Of a stretch of 64,000 nucleotides of DNA, positions 1 through 13,500 are shown piece after piece. The position numbers and the translations under genes are program-made. The notes beneath the pieces are model-generated. The model was not told where the DNA came from. It made no database searches and was given only the letters and a program-made list of their open reading frames with translations. Within the stretch, counting starts at the first letter, position 1. Every line of letters begins with the position of its first letter. This DNA is from Octopus vulgaris (lineage: Eukaryota), in contig OX597814.1 in NCBI GenBank assembly GCA_951406725.2, positions 215,388,001-215,452,000 on the forward strand, in the 5' to 3' direction.

Positions 1-619
1 ACACTATTATTTAAAAAAAAACGAAAATCACGCGATGATATCAATAATTCACCGATATAGTTTTAATGTCAAGTATTATCGTTGTATGTTAGCCTCAAGA
101 ATCGAATTGATCAAGTAGATACATGATAAAAAATACATTCTAGCCATTAACATTCTATCTTTTCTTTTTAAGAATAGAGCATTTCAGTTCTAGACCACAT
201 TATGGTTCTTCATAAAGATGCCAGTGTTTGGCTGATATATCTAGCAAATCATTTAACCACATAAAGATTCCTTTGTTAAATGGTAATGTCAAGATTTTCA
301 ATGTGTGATTGTGGTTCAGTTCGGATTGGCAGCTATTCATTTCATTTCTCTGATCTAGTGAGCTGTAACGACAATAGATAAATAGATTTCAAAATTAGCT
401 CCTATCCGTAGAAAACAATATCTTTCTCTTGATTTTCATAAACAATATTATAACGAAAAACAAAAAAAAAATAATAGGATATGCAGAATCTTAGATTTGA
501 GATTGTTAACTCGAATATACTACCTGAAATAACATGGTGATTTGAAAATTCTTTAAGGAAGGTTTATACTATACTTACAGAAGTATCTAAGAAAGAGATC
601 GTTATATTTAATATTATAT

Positions 620-1050
620 GTTGCTGTTGTTTAGCTTCAGGTCATTCCTGAACTAGTAATTCTATGCTAAACGACTACCAGAGGCAGGCACTTATCTGTT
701 TGTTCTACGTTTTCGCATCAGTCCTTCCTTTTTTTAACCGGTTTGTTGTAATTTGACATTTGTCTGCTTTTTCTCTAGGGTTGAGCCAATGTATAGAACT
801 CAGCCCTTAATTTTTTCTGTTGTTGTTATTGATGGTGGTGATATCTAGTCATAGATCAACTCTGAGCAAACCAATCACCAAAAAGTATTTCACTCGGAAT
901 CATCCAATCCTTTTAAAGTTATCTATTACTGCGTTGCCTATTACGATTTTACCTTTTTGAATCTAGTTGCTTGCGGGTTGGGAGAAACTTGACTGATATT
1001 TCTAGCAATTCAGGTGACTATATACTGGTTTTCATGTTGCCTAGCTTGGC
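620..1050. repeat. Two degenerate tandem copies of an old dispersed repeat (family F)
   Basis: Both start in GTTG(C/T)TGTT and share gatcaac...catcc...ttgactgatatttctagca-like motifs with 10600-10765 and, inverted, 23240-23430. Confidence 0.35.
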
Positions 1051-2272
1051 TTGTTCTATAATATTTCAACGTGCAACACCAGGAAAGAAATACCTAACAG
1101 TTTTCATATTAAATTTTAAAAGTCTATTAGAAGCAAAGGATACCGGATTGTCTGTCATCGACACTGTATTGTATATAGGAATCTCAAGAAGAACAGATGC
1201 AACCTAACTCGATAACTGATAGTGCATTAACATAGTTTACGTGAGGTGAATAATATAGTTTACGTGAAAAAATATGAAGGCTGCTTTTCTGACAATTTTG
1301 CTGTTACTAAAATATCTTGAAAACATCTGCAAACATGAATTATTAATCATAAAACTATATATAAATATACACAGAGAAATTATTTTTTATCTGGGTATTT
1401 TACTTCTATAAGCAAATTAAGCAATTATTTCAGTTACTATCAACATGAAAAAGAAGGCCCCGCATAAATAGATTTGATAATCGACAGTGATAATCAGAAC
1501 CAGATTATTTTCGTTTATAACATCTTAGTTTCATGGTACACGTTTTGCTGTAGGGAATTACCGGTACACGTTTTATTGGGAACCGCCTGATAAAGTATCC
1601 ATCGGCGAGGCACTACCTTAATCTGCCGGTGTTAAGAAAGCCGTCTTGAAGATTGGGTTAATTTACGATTATTTTTTATGACTGTCTCTCTGGATTATGT
1701 GGAACATCTAACTCCGTGTAGATTTTAATTTGGAATGATCTTGGTGCAACTAAGCCAAAGGATGAAGCTTTGAGCAGAAAATGACGTTTCCGACGTTAGG
1801 GAGGATAAGCAAGCACAAATATTCTATGATGGCTGCTTCCCTTGCTGAAAGGGTATTACCCTTCAACCCTTCAGCACCCTTCCAAATTTAACATGTATGT
1901 AATCTAAGTAGTAGATATATAAACAGGGAAGATTTAACTATTTTTCCGTAGATTGATTAAAAAAGAAAAAAAACGACGAACCGCCTTAATAGATTTTCAA
2001 ACATTATTGCGTTCTCATCACAAGAAAGCAAGCGGTCAGTCTGTTTATATACTCAACGAAACAAGTAGCTACAGAAAATCTGGTCTACTAATTTGCATAC
2101 CACGAGTACTTAATACTTATCTAATATCAGCATCGAGTGAACGGGAATCTCAGTCCACACAGTATCAAGGCATGATATAATATTCAAAATTCAAGTTACA
2201 GATTCCATATTCAATATAATTTTTAATATAGAACAGACTTGCAAGACTGCTTATTAAATTAAATTAAATATT

Positions 2273-2483
2273 CATTTCTACTCTAGGCACAAGGCCTGAA
2301 ATTTTGGGGAGGGGCCAGTCGATAAGATCAACCTCAGTACTCAACTGGTAATTAATTTATCGACCCCGAAGGGATGAAAGGCAAAGTCGACCTCGGTGGA
2401 ATTTGAACTCAGAACGCAAAGACAGACGAAACACTGCGAAGCGGTTCGCGCGGCGTGGTAACGTTTCTACCAGCTCGCCGCTT
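2273..2483 (-). mobile_element. tRNA-derived SINE family A (Meta/MESC-like core), tail type A1
   Basis: Reverse complement of the head gcggcgagctgg...gttctgagttcaaattcc and core gtcgactttgcctttcatcc...gtcgataaa; 13-bp TSD taaattaaatatt at 2260-2272 and 2489-2501. Confidence 0.85.
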
Positions 2484-2969
2484 TATACTAAATTAAATAT
2501 TGCGAGTCGACTAATATCCACTCTTGTCAATACTACCATGACCTCTATATGACAACTCTATAGTACTCTCTTTCTGCTCCTGAACTCCAGGCATTTCTTC
2601 CTCCACTTTCGAGGCGGCAATTTACTCAGTCAGTCCATCCTACGCATGTTACCTCTTCTCCAGCACTTATGGACCTGTAGCGAGTATTTTATGTCTTTTG
2701 ACAAATTTTAAATCCTCCTGAAATGTTAGTCACTTCGTAGTCTGTTATTTCCTCGCTTTCTTTCAGCTGTTGGTGTGTGTACCTACCTATGCTCATTAGC
2801 ATATGTACTTATGTATGTACATAGATATGTATTTATGTACGTACGTATATACATATGTATATATGTAATCGTATGAGTGTACTCACACACATATTTATAC
2901 TCATACGTACATATATACAAACCGACATTCATACAAGCATATATACATCTACACATACAGGCAAACATG

Positions 2970-3051
2970 CACACACACACACACACACACATACACACAC
3001 ACACATACACACACACACATACACACACACACATACACACACACACACACA
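2970..3051. repeat. (CA)n microsatellite
   Basis: Direct reading. Confidence 0.95.
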
Positions 3052-3255
3052 CCGCATCAAAACGTTATACATTAGCATATCCCCAAAATTGTTTTATTAT
3101 TATAAAATGGCTGAATAAAACTAAACTGGTGCGTTCAAAATATGTGCCTAAAAGCAAAATTAAAATATGGTTTCCTAAGGACGTAATGAATTAAAAACAT
3201 ATGGAAAACAAATATAGTAAACAACGGCAAAGTAGAGTGTTGAGTTTTGTATAAA

Positions 3256-3665
3256 GGCGGCGAGCTGGCAGAAACGTTAGCACGCCGGGCGAAATGCTTA
3301 GCGGTGTTTCGTCTGCCGTTACGTTCTGAGTTCAAATTCCGCCGAGGTCGACTTCGCCTTTTATCCTTTCGGAGTCGATTAAATAATTACCAGTTACGCA
3401 CTGGGGTCGATATAATCGACTTAATCCGTTTGTCTGTCCTTGTTTGTCCTCTCTGTGTTTAGCCCCTTGTGGGTAGTAAAGAAATAGGTATTTCGTCTGC
3501 CGTTACGTTCTGAGTTCAAATTCCGCTGAGGTCGACTTTGCCTTTCATACTTTCGGGGTCGATTAAATAAGTTCCAATATGCACTGGGGTAAATGTAATC
3601 GACTTAAACATTTTGTCCTTGTTCGTCCCCTCTGCGTTTAGCTCCCTGCGGGCAATAAAGAAATG
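3256..3665 (+). mobile_element. SINE family A, tandem dimer (head + A2 unit + headless A2 unit)
   Basis: A-box-like tggcagaaacgttag and B-box-like gagttcaaattcc; 184-bp unit 3303-3486 restarts at 3487 (ggtatttcgtctgcc). Confidence 0.9.
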
Positions 3666-3849
3666 AATTTATGAGATACTAGGAAAATATCTGAATAATG
3701 TTCCAGAATTATGAATGTTTTTTAAGTAGATAATTGGTTCAAAATATTTATGTGCCAATTAAGACACGGAGCATATGACGATGATATTTCCTTTTTTTAC
3801 TTAACATTTTTGTGAAGGGACTCCTTATTACACAGAAAAGAAACTAGTT

Positions 3850-4200
3850 AAGAAAGATAAACCTGAATTGGAGGAATCGGACGTGGAACAGCGTTGGTAA
3901 CAAGTAATTTACGGAAAATATAAGTGAATAAAGATAAACAAAATTGTAAGGCTTGTTACGTCTTATGATAGCCACATAATGGGTATGCAAAAACAATACT
4001 GAAATGGATACCAACGGCGGAGAAATACAGAGAAGATTACGGATATCTCGTCAAGCATTACAGGAGGATTTAGAGTCTATCAACAGAAAGTGAAAACGTG
4101 GAGATTACGCAAACGATCCAACACTCTGGAGATGTTCAAACATGGGCAAGATCGATAGACTGTCTGTAAATGTAATTGTCACAAGAAGAGGGAAACTAAA
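3850..4200 (+). mobile_element. Degenerate 3' fragment of a probable RTE-clade LINE
   Basis: Broken translation AKTILKWIPT...QALQEDLESINRK*...ANDPTLWR resembles the RTE ORF C-terminus (W.P...EDL...A.DR..WR). Confidence 0.4.
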
Positions 4201-4427
4201 GTTTTGAGTTCAAGAGGAGAAGAAATAAAGCGACATGCTGTTATACAGAAGCTATCGTATATAAAAGAGTGGATATTAGTTGATGCCTCAAGTTAAATTT
4301 GGCTTCTTTAAAAAGCAGTCTGGAAAAGATAGTTCTCTGTTACATATTGGATTTGTAACCCACTGCATGATAAACTCTAGTAGAAACTATTATTGTAAAC
4401 TATTATTGATACACAAATATGATAAAA

Positions 4428-5690
4428 CTAGCTGTTGCACCCGGCGTTGCTCGTGTTTTCTGTGTTAAAGTTAAGCACACCTCTGACCTTGTATTGAAAT
4501 CTTCTACGTTCCCCGAGCCAACTATTATCCATTAAGATGTTATATCTTGTTCGGCAGGGATTTTACCCGGTTAACGCTTTCGACATACTCCTACATACTG
4601 GACCGTCTGAAATCGCAGTCAAACTTTTGGGTATACAATGACCCGTTGAGTGATGTTTATTTCTTCCTCTACCCTTAATACCACTCTTTGTACAAAATTG
4701 TTCAGCGTGTCCATTCTCAGCAAAATCAGAAGAAAATTGCTAAAGTTATGTCATAAAATAGAATCTATGTGACCATTTACACGAAACTATCCCTATGACT
4801 TTTAAATCCCAATACATTATATGAATAATCGATGTTTCATATGTCGAAGTGCTTAATTTTATTCATAGGTCAATTTTCTTCAAAATCAGTTTAATTTTAA
4901 TTCTACTACATGACTCCGACCATAAACTTTACCTAAATGTCAAATTTCATCAAAATTGGATGACTTCTGTAAAAGTTACAGCATAAAATGTTAATCCTAT
5001 GGGTCATTAGAAAAAGCCTATTGATTTCTTAAAATCCCCCGCTCATATGCAATTATCGATTTTTTGTCAACTCTTCATGTTGGTATCAACTAATGGACAT
5101 GAACTGTAATCACGTGTAAAATTTCTACAAAATCGTTAAGAATGTCTCTAAGGAAATGCTTATTTGCATTTGTACCCTTTTCAAGCCCTTTTGAATTACA
5201 CACCTTTACCGTCTCTCCCACCACAAAATTTACCTACATCTCAAATTTCATTAAAATCGGATAAAAAATATAAAAGTTACGGCAAAAAATAAAATCACTA
5301 TAGGTACTTACATGCAAAAGCCTATTGATTTTATAAAACCACTGCTCAGGTGCAATTATCGATTTTTTGTCGACGCATACACTGACATCAGCTCACTACC
5401 ATGAGCCTCTCTCACTCATCGATTTTCATCAAAATCGGACAAAATATGGAAAAGCTGCAGGAAAAATAACATAGTTATGGGAATTTTCATTCAAACGCTC
5501 GATTGAGCTCACAAAAATCGATGCCCACTGAGCATTTTCGAGTTTTCGAAAAAGCCCGGCCTTATTTGAACTTCAGGACATCTAATCTACATATGTACCA
5601 AAAATCATTAAAATCGGTTGGATGGTGTGAGAGGAGTTAGAGTAAACCCAAACACACAGACAGACATCATTACACATTTATGTATATAGA
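4428..5690 (-). mobile_element. Non-autonomous Helitron-like element
   Basis: Minus strand begins A|TCTATATAC followed by gtctgtctgtg and ends cgagcaacgccggg...CTAG|T; internal diverged repeats carrying aaatttcatcaaaat(c/t)gg. Confidence 0.8.
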
Positions 5691-6779
5691 TATATGCTTT
5701 CAGGTATTATTTTAATCTTTATCTGACAATAACAGAAAGCTAACCGATCACATTATAGCAGCACAAAAGTTTTGGATGCGTGTTAAATGATCTAAATTTT
5801 GACTCTTATTTATAATACTGGAAATTATAATTATATTTTATGTCAAAAGCATGCGTACTGCCTTTCAGAAACCATTTGGGCTATCAAAGTACACTATATA
5901 TCCGTATTTAGAATATCGTACCCATTATGGCTTTTGATAGATTCAACAATTACTCATTGAGCTAAATATTCTAACCCACCAATCTTTATGTTTTCGATAC
6001 TATCTACTAATTACCAAACACTGACGGAAGCGGAAACTGATACATTCTAAACAAAACCTTTCTAATTATATCATTGACCATATTACTGATAGTAGGTACT
6101 CGAATTGTGAAATTTAGAAGAGATCTTTTCAACAACTCAAAATTAATAATAATTTTAGTGTTATGGCTACTGTTATCTTTATAATATGCATTATCGTAAT
6201 GGTTTATATCTTATATCGACTTTTATTATTGATCATAGCGAGAAATATTAATTTTGAAGTGATTCTGCTGTATTCTCATCGATCAAATTATATTTCTTGC
6301 CTTATATTCAATATCTTTAGTGTCATTATTTCAGTTCATCGATCAATGGATCAACTGATATTTCTATTCGTTCCCACGTCAGAGACCTAACTGTTTCATC
6401 AAACTTAACAGAACAGATGCATCAATAGAAGCACACAAACAATTATCAACGAAAGCTACCTTCCTTGAGACATTTTTCAAAAAACTTATCTCACTATCTA
6501 TTTGACGATCTCTCTGCCGATATATATATATGTGTGTGTGCATGTGTGTGTGTGTGTGTGTATGTATGTGTGTGTGCGTGTGTGTGAGTATATATGTGCG
6601 TGTAGGCTAAGCAGGCGAGATACAGAGAACGAAAGAGAAAGAGAGATGTAAAGATTCACATACATATAGTCGCATATTTTCATGCAGTTTTCTTTAGTTG
6701 CTATCATTGCATATACACACACATACACACGTGCACGCGCACACACACAGACACACACAGACACACACACACATATATA

Positions 6780-6932
6780 ATTGTTAAACAGGACTGCAAA
6801 CATTAAGGCAAGGCAAACATCTCAAGTCATGTAAATATTATTATAGGAAGAAATTCAAAATTTTACAGCTGTTTCTGGGATACGACTTGAGATGTTTGCC
6901 TTGCCTTAATGTTTGCTGTCTTGTTTAGCAAT
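6780..6932. mobile_element. Fold-back insertion, probable Penelope-like element termini
   Basis: Inverted arms 6781-6828 and 6884-6931 (48 bp, 3 mismatches); spacer has GAAACAGCTGTA on the minus strand (6864-6875); resembles 44641-44715. Confidence 0.65.
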
Positions 6933-7083
6933 AATATATCCGCTGTATCGAAAATCTCCAATAGCTCCATAACTGCTGTCTCGGCTATAACCTTGGTGCC
7001 CCAGTAATCCGTTACAGCACTTACTTAACTTACCTAATCGTTTAGATCACCTGTGAACAAAACCCCCATAATTTGTGTGTGTA

Positions 7084-7089
<6 letters not shown>

Positions 7090-7145
<56 letters not shown>
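7090..7145. repeat. (TA)n microsatellite
   Basis: Direct reading. Confidence 0.95.
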
Positions 7146-7149
<4 letters not shown>

Positions 7150-8339
7150 ATTAGATAGTACATTTTATTAGATACCAATTTCATACCATAGTACCATAGT
7201 TAAGTCTAGATTATTTTTGAATATTTTTGATCATTATTTTGAAAATTAGGCACTAATTACATTTATTAATTTACTACTTCCACTGTAATCTCTGCTTATT
7301 TTTTATGAGAAGCCGATGACCAGGCCGAATTCATCTTATTTTAATTATACATTCCAAATGATGATAGTTAACAAGAAATTATTGCTCATTCATTTGAAAT
7401 TGTTAAATGAACCAATTTTCTAAGCATCAATTTTGAATATTTTTACACTAATGTGTTTTTCTCTGACTTATAATTGATCAGAAACTTATTTGCTTTTAAC
7501 TTTTGATACTATCTTTTCGTTCATTTATTCATAACATGTTTTCAATAATATTTTCAATGGTAGAATGCTGTTTGAGTTGAATTAACCTCCAACCAATTAA
7601 AAGAGTTTACAATGCGATTCATTTTGCTCCATTAAACTCGATAATGTCTATGAGATAGTTATACACATCACAAACTCAAATCATCCCGGTGGAATTGTGA
7701 CCTTGTATCCAAGAAATAAATCAATAATACTTCCAGATGGAGAGCAACCTGGACAAGATATAAGCTTCGTATGAATCGAGTGCTTAAGCTCTTTCCGTGT
7801 TCCTAGTCGAAGCAAATTTATCTTACTTTCATTTCAGATATACTTAAAACTGTCAACTAGTCTTAATTCCTATTTCGTTATACACGTGTGGTGTAATATT
7901 GTGTACGAAATTATTAATGACACGATGTGTCTTTTTGAGACTTTATCTGGTTTATCTCATTTGGACATAAAGCTATCTGTTTCCGTTATAAAATGAACAT
8001 TTCTAATCGATTACTGTAATTGTGATAATCAATTAAATAATTTGCCTTCTCTATATAATTCAGTTGATTCTATTAGGATAAATGTGAAACCTGACACTCT
8101 GAATTGAACAGACGTTAAGAAATCATAATGATTTGAAACAATTGTTTATGAGTGATTGATTTAGCCTTGAGTTATATTAAACTATAGATATGCATTCTTT
8201 CAGCTTATTCTCCTGTTTCTATTGTATTTTACCATATCTTTCGTTCACAAGCAAATATGAGAAGGTAACATGTACTGCGCATACGTTAATTTGTTTCAGA
8301 TGCCTATACAGTCACAAAGAGATTCAGACACTCTCTCGA

Positions 8340-8558
8340 TCCTCTCACCCGCCAGTCAGCGAAACATCGAACATGTGATAATTGAAGGGAGAGAAGGCTG
8401 CATCAACACTCTGCCGTTACTCATTTCAACTGAGTAGGTCAGAGAAATGTGAACTAAAATACTTTAGTTAAGGATTCAAGAGCAGGCCTAGTCCTAGAAT
8501 CGAACCCGCGACTTTATAATTGAGAGTACAATACACTATCATTATATTTAGGCCATAT
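8340..8558 (-). mobile_element. Degenerate CORE-type tRNA SINE (family D head)
   Basis: actcatttc..ctgagt..gtgaa..aaaat..ttaagga..gaatcgaacccgcgac parallels 54255-54403. Confidence 0.5.
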
Positions 8559-8629
8559 ACACATGCGATAAATTTCAAAATTTCAAAACAAATTGCATTT
8601 CTTTTTACTCTGCATTAGGATTGAGTATT

Positions 8630-9012
8630 AATTTCTTTCATATATACAAGGTTAGAGATTTGGAGATCCCGGTTAGGAAAGGAAATTCGATCCCAGTAAT
8701 ATTTAAAGTCAGAACGTAGAAGGACAAAGCTAAGTACTGCTTGCTATGTAGTACTTCACTATACGATTTTTACTATTTAGCACCTTTATCAAGATTCGAT
8801 ATTAACATAGGCAGATAAGGCAAGAAACAGTGAAGTTCCGAGCAAAATGGACTCCCGTGGTATTTTATTACGACTGTCAACGTGTTGAAATTCCGACATA
8901 ACTTATGCTGCTTTTCATGCCATTAGGATCTTTAAACTGTATACTGGAGTCAATTCAAAACATCTTGTTCCCTCTACAGAAATTTGTTGATGAGCCAAAG
9001 TTAGAAATCAAT
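8630..9012. mobile_element. Two highly degenerate family A SINEs in opposite orientation
   Basis: ggaaaggaaattcgatcc..atttaaagtcagaacgta on the minus strand; gaaattccgac..cttttcatgcc..ctggagtcaat..gttagaaatcaat on the plus strand. Confidence 0.4.
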
Positions 9013-10599
9013 ATTAACGTAGATAACTCAGATGCTGGAGATATTAATTATTTTGACTCTGATAAGTGCACTGAGTAGTAGAAACGATGAAGTGTCCTTT
9101 TGTTGGGAATTAATCACATGTTTACATATAATACAAAATCATACAGCTTGACTTTGTTATCTCTCCATAATCAATCGAACATTGTTAGTGGTGTGCTAAA
9201 CATTTGTGGCAATATAAGAAAAATCGGAAAACATGAGACGATAAAAGAAATCATTGCTTTACTTTTAAAACATTTCCCATCGTTTTTAAATAGATTCGTC
9301 AACGACGCTGCTTCTTGTATGTGTCATTGTCACCGTAGGCAATGACTTCACCAAAAAACAGCTCTGACTCTTTGTTGGTGCTTTGTTTAACATAGGTTTA
9401 GCATCTTTCAAATGCTTATTCTTTTAACTAAAAATGACACATGCACGTAGTAATCTTTATTGTCATATATTACACCAGGTTTACCATTGAAGAAAACATT
9501 CTTTAAAGGAAATTTGAAATGTATAACGGGGTAGGAATGTGTGTTATCTTACCTCTCTTTATTCTGTGTATCTGTGAATTCGCGAGAATTTTGGTCAGAA
9601 TTAATAATTAAAATGACTAGAGTATACTGATGCTTACGCAACAAAGCAAAATAACCGTCTCTACACGCCTATTAAATGTCTACTTATTTGCATATTATAA
9701 TTTATGGGTGAAAATTATGTTTAAAGCATAATGTTATTCTATAATTGTTTATTCTTATATGTAAATGTTACTAATTTTGTATAGCTTAATATCAGTAACA
9801 AAGAAATATCGATTTCTTTCTTTCGTATTTAGTCAGAAAATACAACTTATCAACTATCTTTCTATGCATTAAATCTAAATACCAAATTGCTTTGATTCCT
9901 TTGAATCCACATTTTAAACCTGAAATTAGGATTAAAGCAAACTGTTAAGAGCAAAATTTACCAATATCATTAAAAAAATTCTATTTTGATTTAAGAAATA
10001 AATTTAAGATTAAATGCAATATAAGGAGATTTATGGTCTTTGAAGAGCATACATCATTCAATGGTTAAGATCAAAAGTGAATACTAGTTAGCATATTCAA
10101 TGCAAAATTTTTATCCCATTCATTTTCTTTGATCGTGTAAAAGATAAATACATTCTAGTATATTTAAGTTTGATTTTTTTTCTTGAAGAAGTATTAAATG
10201 TTTGTGAAATTGCTTAGACATTTAAAACAGCATGGTAGACTTTAAGGAATTACTCCGTTAAATTAAGGAGTGAAACCGAAACGAATTCGTTTACTGTAAG
10301 TAGAATAGTTTGTGTCACAATCAATTTAGGAATCCATTAAGGATTAATGGATGTGTGAGAAAATTGAGCGTGAACTTGTAGTGTGAGTAGGTTGTTCTAT
10401 TAATATTGATCGATTTGCTTACGTACAAAGCTTCACATTTATAAGACCACATGGAAATAAATTAACAATGATACCTTTCTGAATGTAATTTAACTGTGTA
10501 AGTAAAATAAATTTGTTCCCAGCGAGCATAGGACCAAGCTTTACGAACTTCATCAGATTAAGTATCAATTATAATTAATCTTCGAATTCAAAGATATTC

Positions 10600-10765
10600 G
10601 TAGTCCTTGATCAACCCTATCTGAGCTGGCTTGTAATCAAAGACGTTCCAGCCATGATCATCCATTATTCTGTCCCTCCTTTTTTGAGACGGTGGACTAT
10701 ACATTGATGGATAGTTGACTGGTATTTTTTGGCAGGTCTAGTGATTGCATAGAAACGCCCTTCTT
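10600..10765. repeat. Family F dispersed repeat copy
   Basis: aatcaaagacgttccagccatgatcatcc and ttgactggtattttttggcagg motifs shared with other copies. Confidence 0.4.
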
Positions 10766-10849
10766 AGCTGTTATTCATAAGTAATATATCTTGGTATTCT
10801 GCCTCTGCAACAGAACCACAGGGATGTTACATCAATCTATCTCCACAGT

Positions 10850-10970
10850 TACAATACCACCGAAGTCGACTTTTTATCCTTCTGTGGTCGATAAAAATAA
10901 TACCAGTGAAGTACTGAGAATCAGTGTGATTGTCTAATGTATGGCTTTTCTACTTACGTTAGAAATCAAT
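10850..10970 (+). mobile_element. Degenerate family A SINE core and tail
   Basis: ccgaagtcgactttttatccttctgtggtcgataaaaataataccagt. Confidence 0.6.
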
Positions 10971-11599
10971 TAATCTTTCTCAAATTACGCCAATGATAAA
11001 TAATTCATCTCACACATACGTGCAATAAACACATCAATTATTTGACATGTCCTGATCAGATGTATACATCAATAGGTGATCAATATTTCTGGTTTGCAAA
11101 ACGGTGGGTTAATAGGCATTGTTATGTCTACACATTTTCCAGAAGCATTAGTGGAATAATTGAAATATAAGAGTTACCACAAGAAATCAGAACGAAGTAG
11201 CTAAGCTTATCTTCTACTCTAGCGGTATTTGAAATGATGTAGGGTTACTTGTAACTAATTTATTGTACGAAGTGAATATTAATAGCATTTTCTTATTTGA
11301 TTTGAAAGCTTTATCTTACAAAGATTTCTTACATCGTATTTCTTTTGTTCACGCTTTCTTGTTATTTCTATAAGTCTTTGTTACGTAGTAGTTTTTTTTT
11401 TTCTAATCAATTGTCTCTATAGGTTTACAGCTACAGAAAGAGATATGCTTATAAGAACTACCTCGTAAATATTCTCTGTAAGTGCTTGTGAAATATAAGA
11501 AATTAATAAAATATATCAAATAGCTTTCTCGATAAATTTGTAACAGTAATACTGTTTTTGAAGTTTAGTTATTACATTTAGCAGACACTACAACTCCAA

Positions 11600-11613
11600 C
11601 TACTAAACTACTA

Positions 11614-11665
<52 letters not shown>

Positions 11666-11714
11666 AGTCCACCACCACCACCACAACCACCACCACCAAC
11701 AACAACAACAACAA

Positions 11715-11765
<51 letters not shown>

Positions 11766-11780
11766 CACTACTACTACTAT
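11600..11780. repeat. Compound (ACT)n/(ACC)n/(AAC)n microsatellite
   Basis: Direct reading. Confidence 0.95.
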
Positions 11781-12439
11781 CAGAGTTCTTTTATAAGATG
11801 CGACACTTTGTCACGTATAGGATAGAGTCTGAATAATCTTCGAATAAATGTGGTTATCCATGCAATTAGTATTTACAAACTCCTTGTAGTAGGGAGTTTA
11901 AAATCTAAAAATGAAGAAACAAGAGAGATAATTCGAATAAAAGCATTCATATAAAATATTGGAAAAATATAGAAAAAAAAGTAATACAGGGGGGGGGGAA
12001 CAAGGTCGACCTAAGCTTAATAAATAAAACTGGTGACATGGATATTGTGTGGAAGCCCAGCAACTGAAATATACTTGTAATCCAAAGTGTTAGTTTTGCC
12101 ACACACTGCGTCACGCTGCTTCTACTTGAAAACTGGTTGAAATGCGCATAAGTTGATTTGTGGTGACAACTTCTGAGAAAGGATAGTAACGAAATGTTTA
12201 TTAGTATATATGTCACCAAGCATTTTTAAATGTAAAAGTAAAAAAAAAAAATGTTCATATTTATATTTGCTTCTGCTTTGGGCTTATTTCTTGCGGTTTT
12301 GTCAATAATTTATTACATGTGACCGTTTATAGACTTGCATACATACAAACACGCATACAGATGAATATAGATTTAAATATAGATACATAGTTATAAGCAC
12401 GTGCTTGTGTATGTAGCATAATATATGCGTATGTGCATG

Positions 12440-12487
12440 TGTGTACACACACACACACGTACACACATACGTGCACACACACAAACA

Positions 12488-12540
<53 letters not shown>

Positions 12541-12699
12541 TAATATATGCATATATATATATATATGCATATATATATATATATATATATGCATATATGC
12601 ATCTCTCTCTCTTTCTATATATATATATATGTATATGTATTTAACCCTTTCATATATACATATATACATATATATATGTATTTAACCCTTTCAATATTT

Positions 12700-12795
<96 letters not shown>

Positions 12796-12800
12796 CTACA
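12440..12800. repeat. Compound (CA)/(TA) microsatellite with duplicated atatgtatttaaccctttca
   Basis: Direct reading. Confidence 0.9.
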
Positions 12801-12806
12801 CACATA

Positions 12807-13262
12807 AAGGGTGCGATGGGTACATTGACGTCATTTTATATTTTTAATTTCGCTCATTGTTTGTTTTTGATTTTGTCGGCTACACAGTATAGTAGGGTCA
12901 GTCGGGCACTGTCTGTGAGGAAAACAGCATCATGACTCAATTCACTCAGCCAGAAATTCGAAAACGACATGCTGTACTGCTTGGCATTCCTGTCTGAAGC
13001 TCCAATACGAGCATTTCAGAGTGTTTGGGTGTGAATTTGAGGATAATGCAGAGGATTTGTAAAGAGTTGGATGAGTCTAATGATGATTACCAAGACACAG
13101 CAGCTCGGATAACTAATTCCGATCGTTCTGATAAAAAAAACAAAAAAACTCATGAATTTGTTGGTGAGATCGAGGCCATGATTGACAACGATCCCTCCAA
13201 GTGAAGCAGGTTTATCGCCAGGGACATGAGAGTGTCTGAGTTTCTTATGAGGCAGGTAGTGA
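12807..13262 (+). pseudogene. 5' end of a Tc1/mariner (maT-like) transposon with broken transposase N-terminus
   Basis: TA + (a)agggtgcgatggg terminus; from ATG 12932 [38 protein letters not shown]...EFVGEIEAMIDNDPSK*SRFIARDMRVSEFLMRQVV, a bipartite HTH pattern similar to the element at 48.6-49.6 kb. Confidence 0.75.
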
Positions 13263-13264
13263 AA

Positions 13265-13500
13265 ATATATATGAATAGATGAACTGTCTATGCATTATAA
13301 TCTTTACAGCTGTTTCAATGTATCCTGAGTATAGTTGGTATTATAATGCATGTTATGCAATTCGATGTAAAGAATATAAAACGATATTATACAAAAGCAC
13401 GTAAGAAACATAATATCAATGTACAGGAAATATAATGCATAGGTACCTTCATATATTTATATTTATAGTAATCCCCTTCAGGTGGCAACTTCGAAGGAAG
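13265..13500 (-). mobile_element. Probable Penelope-like terminal fragment with hammerhead-like motifs, truncating the transposon
   Basis: Minus strand CTGAAGG (13475-13481) then about 160 nt then GAAACAGCTGTA (13305-13316); the element may extend to about 14.6 kb. Confidence 0.4.

Noticed and set aside
1781-1880. Minus-strand CTGAAGG...GAAACGTC and a small gctgaaagggt/acccttcagc hairpin
   Set aside because: No convincing stems I/II and no second copy in the window; may be chance
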